Assembly (NCBI GenBank): GCA_947459245.1 | Contig: CANHCV010000001.1 | Coordinates: 25,364 to 89,363, forward strand | DNA: 64,000 nt | Reading direction: 5' to 3' | Source of the DNA: Bacteroidota bacterium | Lineage (GTDB): Bacteria; Bacteroidota; Bacteroidia; UBA7662; CANHCV01 | Shown: piece after piece, positions 34,247 to 44,488 of the stretch | Numbering within the stretch: the first letter of the stretch is position 1 | Layout of the letters: the number at the start of each line of letters is the position of its first letter | The notes under the pieces: generated by a model | Database searches by the model: none | What the model saw: only the letters and a program-made list of their open reading frames with translations | What the model was told of the DNA's origin: nothing | Translations under genes and position numbers: made by a program

Positions 34247-34971
34247 GCTGGTTCTCTTCTTGGTTCGATTCCGAATATTACCATTTGTTGTACAACCACC
34301 GCAACGATGAAGAGGCGGAACAATTTTTGAAAAACCTCTCGTTGGCACTTCCTCCGTTTAACCAAAAAACAGCACTTGATTTATGCTGTGGAAAAGGAAG
34401 ACACAGCCGTTGGATGGCGAACCAAGGGTTAGCGGTAACTGGGTTCGACCTTTCCCCCCACTCCATTGAAGAGGCCATCAAAACAGGCCCTTCCTCGATC
34501 CGTTTTGAAGTTCGTGACATGAGGGCCGATCTGGGAACGGAAGAATTCGATTTTGTGTTTAACCTCTTTACGAGTTTCGGTTATTTCGACGAACCCGAGG
34601 AAAATGCGTTGGTGTTGGAACAAATTTGCGATGCCTTAAAACCAGGAGGGTATTTCATTCACGATTTTTTGAATCCGCTTGGAGTCCTTCGAAACCTCCA
34701 AGAAAAAGAAACCGTTGTTCGGGGAGACACTACCTTCGAAATCGATCGATTTGTGGATGAAGAAAATTTCCTTTGCAAGAACATTCGCTGGGAAATGGAG
34801 GGAAAACCGATGGAGTTTACCGAACGCGTTTACCTATTTACCCCTGAAGATTTAGAGGCCATGTGCGACGGTTTATTTGAGCGGATTGAAATTTTTGGCG
34901 ATTATTCGCTCAATCCGATGGATGAAAAAACCAGCCCACGCCAAATTTCAATTTGGAAAAAAATAGGATGA
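34243..34971 (+). CDS. Class I SAM-dependent methyltransferase (Methyltransf_11/25-like)
   Basis: Motif I LDLCCGKGRHS. Confidence 0.7.
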   Translation: MSWFSSWFDSEYYHLLYNHRNDEEAEQFLKNLSLALPPFNQKTALDLCCGKGRHSRWMANQGLAVTGFDLSPHSIEEAIKTGPSSIRFEVRDMRADLGTEEFDFVFNLFTSFGYFDEPEENALVLEQICDALKPGGYFIHDFLNPLGVLRNLQEKETVVRGDTTFEIDRFVDEENFLCKNIRWEMEGKPMEFTERVYLFTPEDLEAMCDGLFERIEIFGDYSLNPMDEKTSPRQISIWKKIG

Positions 34972-35513
34972 CCCTCGACACCTCCTTGCTTCATTTTTTT
35001 CAAGAACAACTTGCCAACCCTGTTCTCGATTTCTTGTGCATTTGGGGAAGGAAATCTTGGATTTGGTCTCCTTTGTATTTGGGAGTAATCATTTTTTGGA
35101 TCAGGAATAAAAATCATTCCTTTTGGCCCTTGTTTTTAGGCGCCCTTCTTTTGTTTGGCCTTACCGACTATACTTCGGCGAGCATCATTAAGCCGTGGGT
35201 GGGCCGCCTCCGTCCCTGCCAAGAAAACGGCTTATTATTGCGGCAATTGGTGGTTTGTGGGAACGGCTTTTCTTTCCCGTCCACGCATGCCACCAATCAT
35301 TTTGCGTTGGCATTTTTCTTTTTCAGCTTTGTTAAAAGAACTCCCGTTTGGTTCATTTGGGCGGGCTTTATTGCTTTCAGCCAAATGTATGTTGGGGTTC
35401 ATTACTTCACCGATGTTTTGGCTGGAGCGCTGCTGGGAACTTTTTTTAGCTGGTTGGTCGTTCGCGCCTTGTTCACCCTTTCGAAACGCTACTCATGGAA
35501 TATTTCTTTCTGA
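34953..35513 (+). CDS. PAP2-family membrane phosphatase (e.g. undecaprenyl-diphosphate phosphatase type)
   Basis: KPWVGRLRP, PSTHA and SQMYVGVHYFTD match the tripartite PAP2 motif. Confidence 0.75.
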   Translation: MEKNRMTLDTSLLHFFQEQLANPVLDFLCIWGRKSWIWSPLYLGVIIFWIRNKNHSFWPLFLGALLLFGLTDYTSASIIKPWVGRLRPCQENGLLLRQLVVCGNGFSFPSTHATNHFALAFFFFSFVKRTPVWFIWAGFIAFSQMYVGVHYFTDVLAGALLGTFFSWLVVRALFTLSKRYSWNISF

Positions 35514-36247
35514 TCGCTCTTCCTTTCATCTCGGGTTCGTTGTCCATTTTCCTTCAACGAAAACAGGCCCAAGTCGTTCGTTTTCTGCTCACCGTTAGTG
35601 GCGGATTTCTCTTTGGAACGGTAATGCTTCACCTGTTCCCGGAAGTCTTTGAAGCTCAAACCCAAGCTGGAATTTTTATCGTCATCGGCTTCTTTATTCA
35701 GCTCATCTTAGAAAAATTCTCGGAAGGCGTGGAACACGGACACCTGCACTTGGATTTACCCGATGGGCACGACCACGGTCACGATCACTCCCATTACCAC
35801 AAAAAAGGATGGGCTACGGCCATTGGGTTGCTTTCCAGTTTATCCATTCATTCCCTTTTGGAAGGCCTTCCGATTTCCACCATCGAAGCAACATCCATTT
35901 CAGAATTATTCCATCATCCCCTGTTTTTGGCCGTAGTTGTACATAAAATTCCAACATCCATTGCCCTTGTTGCTGTACTGTCTCAAACAGATTTGGGTAA
36001 AAAATGGATTTTCGCTTTGTTGTTGTGGTACACCGTGATGACTCCAGCCGGGGCATTGATGGGAAAATTCATCCAAACCAATTTGGGAGAACATTCCCTT
36101 ACGAGCCTTCAAATGACAGCTTTAGCGTCGGGAATGCTGTTGCACATTGGTTCAACCATTCTTTTTGAAAGCACCGAACATCACAAGTTTAGCATCTGGA
36201 AAATTGGTGCTTCCCTCGTTGGTGCATTGTTGGTTCTTTTCGTTTAA
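35495..36247 (+). CDS. ZIP-family divalent metal transporter (ZupT-like)
   Basis: His-rich loop HGHLHLDLPDGHDHGHDHSHYH and the ZIP signature in TM4/5. Confidence 0.8.
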   Translation: MEYFFLIALPFISGSLSIFLQRKQAQVVRFLLTVSGGFLFGTVMLHLFPEVFEAQTQAGIFIVIGFFIQLILEKFSEGVEHGHLHLDLPDGHDHGHDHSHYHKKGWATAIGLLSSLSIHSLLEGLPISTIEATSISELFHHPLFLAVVVHKIPTSIALVAVLSQTDLGKKWIFALLLWYTVMTPAGALMGKFIQTNLGEHSLTSLQMTALASGMLLHIGSTILFESTEHHKFSIWKIGASLVGALLVLFV

Positions 36248-36251
36248 AAGG

Positions 36252-36284
36252 TTTGCGCCTTTTGTCCGTTTCTCGTTATCTTTG
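36252..36284 (+). promoter_or_regulatory. Candidate promoter (TTG N22 TATCTTTG) for the nuoG-N operon
   Basis: TTG at 36252-36254 and TATCTTTG at 36277-36284, ~55 nt upstream of the nuoG ATG. Confidence 0.35.
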
Positions 36285-36340
36285 GCAAATTTTTATGAAA
36301 ACCGAAACCCCTCGGTTGTGTTACTTAGAAAACGAAAAAT

Positions 36341-37318
36341 ATGTCGGACGAAAAACCTTTATTGAAGGTCACCATCGACGGAGTTCAGATCGAAGTTCCT
36401 GAAGGAACCACCATTTTGAACGCTGCACGTCAGGTTGGAGGCAACATTGTTCCTCCGGCGATGTGCTACTACAGCAAGTTAAAAGGTACGGGCGGAAAGT
36501 GCAGAACCTGCTTGGTGAAGGTGAGCAAAGTATCTGAAGAAGACCCACGCCACATGCCCAAATTGGTTCCATCTTGTTCCACAACGGTGATGGACGGCAT
36601 GGAAGTTCTCAACACCACTTCTCCCGAAGTTTTGGAAGCCCGCAAAGGCGTTGTTGAGTTCTTGTTGATCAATCACCCGCTCGATTGCCCCGTTTGCGAC
36701 CAAGCAGGAGAGTGCCATCTTCAGGATTTAGGATTTGAACACGGAGGTGCGCATACCCGTTACGAAGAAGACCGTCGCACGTTTGATCGGATCGATATTG
36801 GTCCTTTCATTCAGCTGCACATGAACCGCTGCATTTTATGCTACCGATGCGTTTTTGCAGCAGAACAACTCACCAATGGTCGCGTTCACGGCGTAATTAA
36901 CCGAGGTGATCACGCCGAAATCTCAACGTACATCCAACAAGCTCTTGATGGTGATTTCTACGGAAACATCATCGACGTTTGTCCCGTTGGCGCATTGACC
37001 GACAAAACATTCCGATTCAAGAGTCGCGTATGGTTTACCAAACCGTTGAATGCCCACCGCGATTGCGACAAGTGTTCTGGAAAAACGGCCGTTTGGATGG
37101 CTGGTGAAGATGTTCTTCGCGTTACCGGCCGCAAAGATGCTTACGGGGAAGTGGAAGAATTCATCTGCAACACCTGCCGTTTCGATAAAAAATCTAAATC
37201 AGATTGGACGATTGAAGGGCCACGCCACATCGATCGTCATTCGGTTATTGGCATGAACCAATACGAAATTGCGGCGCCCAAAGAAACCCAGTACCTCACC
37301 AATAAAATCATCGAATAA
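36341..37318 (+). CDS. nuoG: NADH-quinone oxidoreductase subunit G, short Bacteroidota form (Fe-S N-terminal module only)
   Basis: 2Fe-2S and 4Fe-4S Cys motifs (CYYSKLKGTGGKCRTC, CPVCDQAGEC, CILCYRC). 325 aa, no molybdopterin-like domain. Confidence 0.8.
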   Translation: MSDEKPLLKVTIDGVQIEVPEGTTILNAARQVGGNIVPPAMCYYSKLKGTGGKCRTCLVKVSKVSEEDPRHMPKLVPSCSTTVMDGMEVLNTTSPEVLEARKGVVEFLLINHPLDCPVCDQAGECHLQDLGFEHGGAHTRYEEDRRTFDRIDIGPFIQLHMNRCILCYRCVFAAEQLTNGRVHGVINRGDHAEISTYIQQALDGDFYGNIIDVCPVGALTDKTFRFKSRVWFTKPLNAHRDCDKCSGKTAVWMAGEDVLRVTGRKDAYGEVEEFICNTCRFDKKSKSDWTIEGPRHIDRHSVIGMNQYEIAAPKETQYLTNKIIE

Positions 37319-37323
37319 TCGCC

Positions 37324-38352
37324 ATGAACGTAGATACGACTTATTTGATTATTAAATCGTTGATGGTTTTAACCATTTTCGGAATCACCTTGCTGATTGC
37401 AACCTACTTGACCTATTTCGAGCGCAAGGTGGCTGCATTTCTGCAAGACCGACTCGGCCCAGACCGCGCTGGTCCGTTTGGAATCCTACAACCGTTGGCC
37501 GATGCAGGGAAAATGTTCTTCAAGGAAGACTTCATCCCTCAAAATTCAGCGAAATCCCTCTTCATCTTGGGCCCAGGTATTGCCATGTTTACCGCACTTC
37601 TAACCGGAAGTATCATTCCTTGGGGACCTCAAATCACCTTATTCGGAGAAACTTTCGATTTTCAGATTGCCGACATTAACGTTGGGATTTTGTTCATTGT
37701 AGGTGTTGTTTCGATTGGGGTTTATGGAATCATGATTGGTGGTTGGGCATCCAACAACAAATATTCTCTTTTTGGCGCTATTCGTGCAAGTTCGCAAATG
37801 ATTTCTTACGAATTGGCCATGGGATTAAGCATCATTGCCATTGTCATGATGACGGGCTCATTGAGTTTGAAAGATATTGTTGCTCAGCAGCATGGAATGA
37901 ATTGGAATGTCTTCTACCAACCGTTAGGATTCATCATCTTCTTGATTTCTGCTTTAGCGGAATGCAATCGCGCTCCCTTCGACTTAGCCGAATGCGAAAG
38001 TGAATTGATTGGCGGTTACCATACCGAGTATTCTTCCATGAAATTGGGCTTCTTTTTATTCGCCGAGTACATCAACATGTTCATCAGCTGCGCCCTCATT
38101 TCGTCCTTGTATTTTGGTGGTTACAACTATCCTTTCATGGATATGGTTTCTGATCCAACGGTTCAAGGTTTAATTGGAACAGCCGTTCTTTTTGGAAAAA
38201 TCTTTTTCTTCATCTTCTTATTCATGTGGATTCGTTGGACTCTTCCGCGTTTTCGTTACGATCAACTCATGCATTTGGGTTGGAAGATGTTAATTCCGCT
38301 TGCTTTAGCCAATATGTTGGCTACTGGAGCGGTTATTTTGTTCAATCAATAA
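37324..38352 (+). CDS. nuoH: NADH-quinone oxidoreductase subunit H
   Basis: Typical NuoH/ND1 sequence throughout (GYHTEYSS, LFAEYINMF). Confidence 0.9.
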   Translation: MNVDTTYLIIKSLMVLTIFGITLLIATYLTYFERKVAAFLQDRLGPDRAGPFGILQPLADAGKMFFKEDFIPQNSAKSLFILGPGIAMFTALLTGSIIPWGPQITLFGETFDFQIADINVGILFIVGVVSIGVYGIMIGGWASNNKYSLFGAIRASSQMISYELAMGLSIIAIVMMTGSLSLKDIVAQQHGMNWNVFYQPLGFIIFLISALAECNRAPFDLAECESELIGGYHTEYSSMKLGFFLFAEYINMFISCALISSLYFGGYNYPFMDMVSDPTVQGLIGTAVLFGKIFFFIFLFMWIRWTLPRFRYDQLMHLGWKMLIPLALANMLATGAVILFNQ

Positions 38353-38367
38353 AGCGAGGCTAGGAAT

Positions 38368-38907
38368 ATGAAACCGCTTACCAATCGAGCAAAACAGGTC
38401 GTAAACAAAGAAATGACGTTTTCAGAGAAGATTTATCTTCCTGCTGTTTTGGGTGGATTAAAAACCACCATGAGTCACTTTTTCAAGAAGCAAGCCACCA
38501 TTCGTTATCCCGAAGAAGTTCGTCCATTCAGCGATGTTTTCCGTGGAAAACACGTTTTGAAGCGCGATGAAAATGGTGCAGAACGATGCACCGCTTGCGG
38601 CCTTTGCGCCGTTGCTTGTCCGGCAGAAGCCATCACCATGGTTGCTGCGGAACGTGAAAAAGGAGAAGAAAACCTTTATCGGGAAGAGAAATACGCCGAA
38701 ACGTACGAAATCAACATGCTACGATGCATTTTCTGCGGGATGTGCGAAGAAGCTTGTCCGAAAGAAGCCATTTTCCTCACTACCGAAATTACCCCTGCCA
38801 ATTACGATCGTTCGAATTTCATTTATGGAAAAGATAAGTTGGTAGAAGATGTTAACCATCGCACCGACATTACGACTCGTCAGGCGCACAAAAATTTAGC
38901 CAAGTAA
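38368..38907 (+). CDS. nuoI: NADH-quinone oxidoreductase subunit I (2x[4Fe-4S])
   Basis: CTACGLCAVACP and CIFCGMCEEACP. Confidence 0.9.
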   Translation: MKPLTNRAKQVVNKEMTFSEKIYLPAVLGGLKTTMSHFFKKQATIRYPEEVRPFSDVFRGKHVLKRDENGAERCTACGLCAVACPAEAITMVAAEREKGEENLYREEKYAETYEINMLRCIFCGMCEEACPKEAIFLTTEITPANYDRSNFIYGKDKLVEDVNHRTDITTRQAHKNLAK

Positions 38908-39419
38908 TGAGTCCTACGATTTTTTTAACTTTAGCGATCATTGCCGTGGTAAGTGCCATGTTTGTGGTCTTCGCAAAAAATCCGGTTCACTCGGTTTTAT
39001 CCCTCATCGTTACCTTCTTTTCCATCGCTGGCCTATACTTGTTGATGAACGCCCAATTTTTGTTCGTGGTTCAAATCATCGTTTACGCCGGTGCCATCAT
39101 GGTACTCTTCCTTTTTGTATTGATGTTATTGAATTTAAGCGCCGATACCGAGCCTCAAAAATCGAATCGCTTCCGAGTAATTGCCTCGGCTTCAGCGGGT
39201 TTATTGAGTTTAGTATTCAGCGCAGGAATGGTCATCGACGCCACCATGGGCGATCGCAACGTGGCCAACATTCAAGAAATTGGATTGGTTAAACACCTTG
39301 GAAAAGTTTTATTCACCGATTATCTGGTTCCGTTTGAAATCAGTTCCATCCTTTTCCTTGCTGGGATGGTAGGAGCTGTACTCCTTGGTAAACGTACCCC
39401 TAAAGAATCAAAATCATGA
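38907..39419 (+). CDS. nuoJ: NADH-quinone oxidoreductase subunit J
   Basis: Hydrophobic ND6-like protein in conserved operon position. Confidence 0.8.
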   Translation: MSPTIFLTLAIIAVVSAMFVVFAKNPVHSVLSLIVTFFSIAGLYLLMNAQFLFVVQIIVYAGAIMVLFLFVLMLLNLSADTEPQKSNRFRVIASASAGLLSLVFSAGMVIDATMGDRNVANIQEIGLVKHLGKVLFTDYLVPFEISSILFLAGMVGAVLLGKRTPKESKS

Positions 39420-39727
39420 TGACTGAAGTAACAGCCGAACACTACATCATTCTTGCCACTACCCTATTCGTCATTGGGGTAGCTGGAGTATTGATTCGTA
39501 GAAATGCCATTGTGGTATTGATGTGCGTTGAATTGATGTTGAATGCCGTTAACTTGCTTATGGTTGCGTTTTCAAGCCACCACAAAGATTCTGCCGGGCA
39601 AATTTTCGTGTTTTTCATCATGGTCGTAGCAGCGGCAGAAGTTGCTGTTGGATTGGCCATCTTGGTGATGGTGTACCGAAATACCCGCAGTACCGATGTT
39701 AGTTTGTTGGATCAATTAAAGAACTAA
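39416..39727 (+). CDS. nuoK: NADH-quinone oxidoreductase subunit K
   Basis: ~100-aa 3-TM protein with conserved Glu residues. Operon position. Confidence 0.85.
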   Translation: MMTEVTAEHYIILATTLFVIGVAGVLIRRNAIVVLMCVELMLNAVNLLMVAFSSHHKDSAGQIFVFFIMVVAAAEVAVGLAILVMVYRNTRSTDVSLLDQLKN

Positions 39728-39733
39728 TCGAGC

Positions 39734-41620
39734 ATGGAAAAAAATCTAATTCTCATTCCACTATTGCCGCTGATTGGTTTTTTAATCAACGGAATTTTCG
39801 GAAAAAAACTACCTAAAAACCTCGTGGGAGCACTGGGAACGCTGGCCGTTTTCGGTTCTTTCATCCTCAGTTTGATGGCGTTCCTCGAAGTAAGGGAAAC
39901 CGGTCAAGCCCTTTCGCATACGGCATTCACTTGGATGCAAATTGCGGGCTTGAAATTCGACATTTCCTTCTTGGCCGATCAACTTTCCACCCAAATGATG
40001 CTCATCATCACCGGAATTGGATCGTTGATTCACCTTTATTCCATCGGATACATGCATAAAGATGAAGGATTCTACAAATTCTTTGCTTATCTCAATTTGT
40101 TTGTTTTCAGCATGTTACTGCTCGTTATGGGCAGCAATTACTTGCTGTTATTCTTCGGTTGGGAAGGTGTAGGATTGTGTTCTTACCTTTTGATTGGTTT
40201 TTGGTACCAAAACTTGGAGTACGGAAAAGCTGCCCGAAAAGCATTCGTGATGAATCGCATCGGCGATTTGGGTTTAATGCTTGGATTATTCATGTTGTTG
40301 CAACATGCAGGAAGTTTGGAGTACAAAGAAGTTATGGCATCTTTATCAACCCTTTCGACCGAAAAAGCCGCTTGCATTGGTTTGTTATTGTTCGTTGGAG
40401 CTACGGGTAAAAGTGCTCAAATTCCATTGTACACGTGGCTACCCGACGCGATGGCCGGGCCAACTCCGGTTTCTGCATTGATCCACGCAGCTACCATGGT
40501 AACCGCCGGTATTTACTTAATTGTTCGCTCTTCGGCCTTGTATTCCATGGTTCCAGAAGTTTTGGAAATCATTGGTTACATTGGATTGGCTACGGCTCTT
40601 TTTGCCGGCCTCATCGCAATTCGACAAAACGACATCAAGAAGGTATTGGCGTATTCCACCGTTTCTCAGTTGGGATTTATGTTTGTTGCAATAGGCGTAG
40701 GAGCTTATTCTACTGCTATGTTCCACTTAACCACCCACGCCTTCTTTAAAGCGCTCATGTTCCTGGGCTCAGGAAGCGTTATTCACGCCATGGGTGGGGA
40801 GCAAGACATCCGCAAAATGGGTGGATTGGCAAAAAAATTAAAAATTACACACCTTACTTTCCTTGTTGGAACTTTGGCCATTATCGGATTCCCGCTCACT
40901 TCCGGGTTCTTTTCCAAAGATGAAATTTTGGCGAAAGTGTACGAACACAGCCCTGTGATGTGGGGATTGTTGTTGTTGGCATCGGCCATCACGGCGTTCT
41001 ACATGCTTCGCATGTTTTTCCTCACATTCCACGGATCTTTCCGAGGAACCCACGACCAAGAGCACCACTTGCACGAAAGCCCCATTTCCATGACTTTACC
41101 TTTGATGGTTTTGGCGGTTCTGTCGTTGGCTGGCGGATTTTTAAATGTCCCTGCTTTCATTTCTGAAGGATCTGAACATTTGCATACCTGGTTGAATTCG
41201 GTGGTAACCTACGTTTCTGGTGGACATCATTTGGATCACAGTACCGAGTGGTTGTTGATGGGTGTTGCTTCGGCCTTGGCCTTGATCATTTTGGTTTCAA
41301 CCTATGTGGTGTATGTTTCCAAGAAATCAACGGCAGCGGAGGATGACCAATTAACCGGAATTCAGAAGTGGATGAACAACAAATTTTACATCGATGAATT
41401 GTACCAATCGGTGGTTCAGAAACCGATCGAGGCGATTTCAAATTTAGGATACAACATCATCGATCGGGGCATCATTGACGGTTCGGTTAATTTCATTGGT
41501 AAAAGTGTAGAGGTGGCAGGAAATGCGCTTCGCAGAATTCAAAACGGAAACGTTGAGTATTACTTGTTGTACATGGTGCTTGGCATTTTCTTCTTGTTGG
41601 TTTTTAAATTCGTGCTGTAA
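39734..41620 (+). CDS. nuoL: NADH-quinone oxidoreductase subunit L
   Basis: Antiporter-like subunit. 628 aa with the long C-terminal extension typical of NuoL. Confidence 0.9.
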   Translation: MEKNLILIPLLPLIGFLINGIFGKKLPKNLVGALGTLAVFGSFILSLMAFLEVRETGQALSHTAFTWMQIAGLKFDISFLADQLSTQMMLIITGIGSLIHLYSIGYMHKDEGFYKFFAYLNLFVFSMLLLVMGSNYLLLFFGWEGVGLCSYLLIGFWYQNLEYGKAARKAFVMNRIGDLGLMLGLFMLLQHAGSLEYKEVMASLSTLSTEKAACIGLLLFVGATGKSAQIPLYTWLPDAMAGPTPVSALIHAATMVTAGIYLIVRSSALYSMVPEVLEIIGYIGLATALFAGLIAIRQNDIKKVLAYSTVSQLGFMFVAIGVGAYSTAMFHLTTHAFFKALMFLGSGSVIHAMGGEQDIRKMGGLAKKLKITHLTFLVGTLAIIGFPLTSGFFSKDEILAKVYEHSPVMWGLLLLASAITAFYMLRMFFLTFHGSFRGTHDQEHHLHESPISMTLPLMVLAVLSLAGGFLNVPAFISEGSEHLHTWLNSVVTYVSGGHHLDHSTEWLLMGVASALALIILVSTYVVYVSKKSTAAEDDQLTGIQKWMNNKFYIDELYQSVVQKPIEAISNLGYNIIDRGIIDGSVNFIGKSVEVAGNALRRIQNGNVEYYLLYMVLGIFFLLVFKFVL

Positions 41621-41621
41621 C

Positions 41622-43076
41622 GTGGAACTTATTCTTATTCCTTTATTCTTTGCAGCGGTTCAATTCTTTGTAAAAGGACGCACCGCCAGTTGGTTGGCTT
41701 TAGCATCTACTTTGGTTTCGTTAGGTTGGACCATTTGCATGATCAGTGATTATGCTATGGATGGCAGCACCGTTAATTTGGTAGATGTAGAGTGGTTGAA
41801 ATTTGCCGGTATTCGATTTACCTTGGCTTACGATGGAATCGCTTTGATGATGTTGTTATTGACCAATTTAGCATTGCCCATCATCATCTTGGCTTCTTGG
41901 GATCGCTCGTATGGGCAATCGCCTTTGTACTTGGGCCTTTCGTTGCTGATGCAAGCGGCCTTGGTTGGCGTTTTTCTGGCCCAAGACGGAATTCTCTTTT
42001 ACGTCTTTTGGGAATTGGCGCTCATTCCAATTTATTTCATCTCGGCCATTTGGGGCGGTGAAAATAAAAACCGAATCACCCTCAAATTCTTCATCTACAC
42101 GTTTTTCGGATCCATCTTCATGTTGGTAGGTTTGTTGTTGTGGAAATCTTACGGAAGCAGCACCAACGGATTCGCTTGGATGAGTTTGGTTCAATCGCAA
42201 ATCCCATCCGACATTGCTTTTTGGGCGTTCCTTGGATTTGCCTTGGCATTTGCGATCAAGTTACCTCTTTTCCCCTTTCACACTTGGCAGCCCGATACGT
42301 ACACCGTTGCGCCCGCTGGCGGAACCATGTTGTTAAGCGGCATCATGTTGAAAATGGGATTGTTCGGATTCATCAAATGGGCTTTGCCACTGGTTCCCCA
42401 CGTTGGAGAAAACATGATGCATTTCCTTTCCGTTTTAGCAGTCATCGGGATCGTTTACGGTTCAATCATTGCGATCAAGCAAAACGACATGAAACGATTG
42501 GTGGCTTTCAGCTCCATGGCCCACGTAGGATTGATTGCAGCAGGTATTTTCACCCAATCGCTGGAAGGAATTCAAGGTGCAATCATTCAAATGTTGAACC
42601 ACGGAATTACCGCCATCGGGTTATTCTTTGTCATTGATGTCATCGAACGGAGGATGGAAACCCGCGAATTAACGCTTCTTTCAGGCATTGCCAAAGTTGC
42701 TCCGGTTTTCGCGGTAATGACCCTCATCCTTGTGATGGGATCGGTTGCGGTTCCGTTAACCAATGGATTTGTTGGAGAATTCATCTTATTAAAATCGGTG
42801 TTTGATTCCAACGCTACCTTGGGAGTGATTGCCGGATTAACCATTATTTTTTGTGCCGTTTATTTGTTGCGCATGGTTCAATTCAGCTTATTCGGCCCAT
42901 CGAATGCACAAAATGAAAAATTCACGCCCCTCACTTGGGCCGAAGGAATTGGTTTAGGAACCCTTTGCTTTTTCGTTTTGTGGATCGGATTAAACCCTGA
43001 TCCTTTCTTCGGATTAACGGAAAGATCCGTTTCCAATCTCCTTTCCTTGTTCAACGCCATCAAAGTCATGCCATGA
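41622..43076 (+). CDS. nuoM: NADH-quinone oxidoreductase subunit M
   Basis: Antiporter-like subunit. Probable GTG start at 41622, immediately after the nuoL stop. The upstream part of the listed ORF overlaps nuoL and is unlikely to be translated. Confidence 0.85.
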   Translation: MELILIPLFFAAVQFFVKGRTASWLALASTLVSLGWTICMISDYAMDGSTVNLVDVEWLKFAGIRFTLAYDGIALMMLLLTNLALPIIILASWDRSYGQSPLYLGLSLLMQAALVGVFLAQDGILFYVFWELALIPIYFISAIWGGENKNRITLKFFIYTFFGSIFMLVGLLLWKSYGSSTNGFAWMSLVQSQIPSDIAFWAFLGFALAFAIKLPLFPFHTWQPDTYTVAPAGGTMLLSGIMLKMGLFGFIKWALPLVPHVGENMMHFLSVLAVIGIVYGSIIAIKQNDMKRLVAFSSMAHVGLIAAGIFTQSLEGIQGAIIQMLNHGITAIGLFFVIDVIERRMETRELTLLSGIAKVAPVFAVMTLILVMGSVAVPLTNGFVGEFILLKSVFDSNATLGVIAGLTIIFCAVYLLRMVQFSLFGPSNAQNEKFTPLTWAEGIGLGTLCFFVLWIGLNPDPFFGLTERSVSNLLSLFNAIKVMP

Positions 43077-44488
43077 TCGCATTAGTTACCGTTTTACTGA
43101 CCGCCATCATCACGTTATTTGTCAATTTGGTTAACACCAAATGGTCTCGTCCCGTGGCTACCATCGGATTGGCAATTGCATTGGGAGTTTGTTTTTACGA
43201 TTTTTCAAATCCGTACGAAGATGCTTCTGAAATGCTTTACTTTTCGCACGCATCAACCATCTTTTCGGGTTTAACCATTTTAATTGGATTGATCCTGATT
43301 GGTCTTTCGGAGTATTCCATTACGTATGCTGGGAAAAATCGTGGAGATGTTTATGCGCTCATGCTTTTCTCGATTTGCGGTGCTTTGATTCTTTTCGCGT
43401 ATTCCAATTTGTTGATGTTGTTCTTGGGAGTTGAAATTTTATCCATTCCCTTGTACGTTTTAGCTGGATCCGATAAAGATAATTTGGCTTCCAATGAATC
43501 TTCCTTGAAGTACTTTTTGCAAGGTGCTTTTGCAACCGGAATTTTGCTTTTCGGTATTGCTTTGATTTATGGAGCTTCCGGAAGTTTTGTGATTGGAGGT
43601 TCGAAGGCGAACAACATCATCAATTACCAATTGTATACTGGAGGAGGCTTAACCATGTTCAACATGGGTGTTTTCATGATGATGTTTGGATTGGCCTTTA
43701 AAATCGCTGCGGCGCCCTTCCATTTTTGGAGTGCCGACGTTTACGAAGGGGCGCCAGATTTAATCACGGCATTCATGGCTACCGTTGTAAAAACAGCTGG
43801 AATTGTTGCCATTTCCATTTTCTTGTTGAGCATCGGATTCCTAAACAAACAATGGGAAATGACCTTCGCCATCATGGCCGGTCTCAGCTTGATCGTGGGT
43901 AATTTCTCGGCTTTGAAACAAATGAGTTTCAAAAGAACCTTGGCCTATTCCTCCATCAGCCATGCCGGTTATTTGATGTTGGGCATCACCATTAACGATC
44001 CCATCATCATTCCTACCCTCTTATTTTATTTATTGGCGTATTCCATTTCTACCTTGGTGTTGATGATTGGGATGAATTGGGTGGCCGGACATACCGGAAA
44101 ACACGATTTTACAGCCTTCAACGGATTGGCAAAAAAACATCCAGTTTTAGCCGGTTTGATGGCAGTTGCCATGCTTTCCATGGCCGGATTACCACCATTG
44201 TCGGGCTTCTTTGGTAAATACTTCATCTTTGCTGAAGTCTTCAACCACAGTGCACTTTCAAAAGATGGTGGATTTTGGTGGTTGGTGCTGGTTGCAGCAA
44301 TCAACTCGGTCATCAGTATTTATTACTACTTCCGCATCATCATCGCTATGTTCTTCTCTCCAGCTATTTCAGAGGAGGAAGTGCCAGCGATGCCAACCGT
44401 AAACCTATTTGTATTGGGATTGATGTGCCTCGGATTATTGGTGGCACCACTTTTTGCCACTCAGTTATACGGGTTGATGTTCTATTGA
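43073..44488 (+). CDS. nuoN: NADH-quinone oxidoreductase subunit N
   Basis: Antiporter-like subunit. 4-bp overlap with nuoM. Confidence 0.9.
   Translation: MIALVTVLLTAIITLFVNLVNTKWSRPVATIGLAIALGVCFYDFSNPYEDASEMLYFSHASTIFSGLTILIGLILIGLSEYSITYAGKNRGDVYALMLFSICGALILFAYSNLLMLFLGVEILSIPLYVLAGSDKDNLASNESSLKYFLQGAFATGILLFGIALIYGASGSFVIGGSKANNIINYQLYTGGGLTMFNMGVFMMMFGLAFKIAAAPFHFWSADVYEGAPDLITAFMATVVKTAGIVAISIFLLSIGFLNKQWEMTFAIMAGLSLIVGNFSALKQMSFKRTLAYSSISHAGYLMLGITINDPIIIPTLLFYLLAYSISTLVLMIGMNWVAGHTGKHDFTAFNGLAKKHPVLAGLMAVAMLSMAGLPPLSGFFGKYFIFAEVFNHSALSKDGGFWWLVLVAAINSVISIYYYFRIIIAMFFSPAISEEEVPAMPTVNLFVLGLMCLGLLVAPLFATQLYGLMFY

Noticed and set aside
41523-41621. ATG at 41523 as the nuoM start (99-nt overlap with nuoL)
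   Set aside because: The upstream extension encodes a non-conserved, Cys-rich peptide overlapping nuoL. A GTG at 41622 directly after the nuoL stop gives the conserved NuoM N-terminus.
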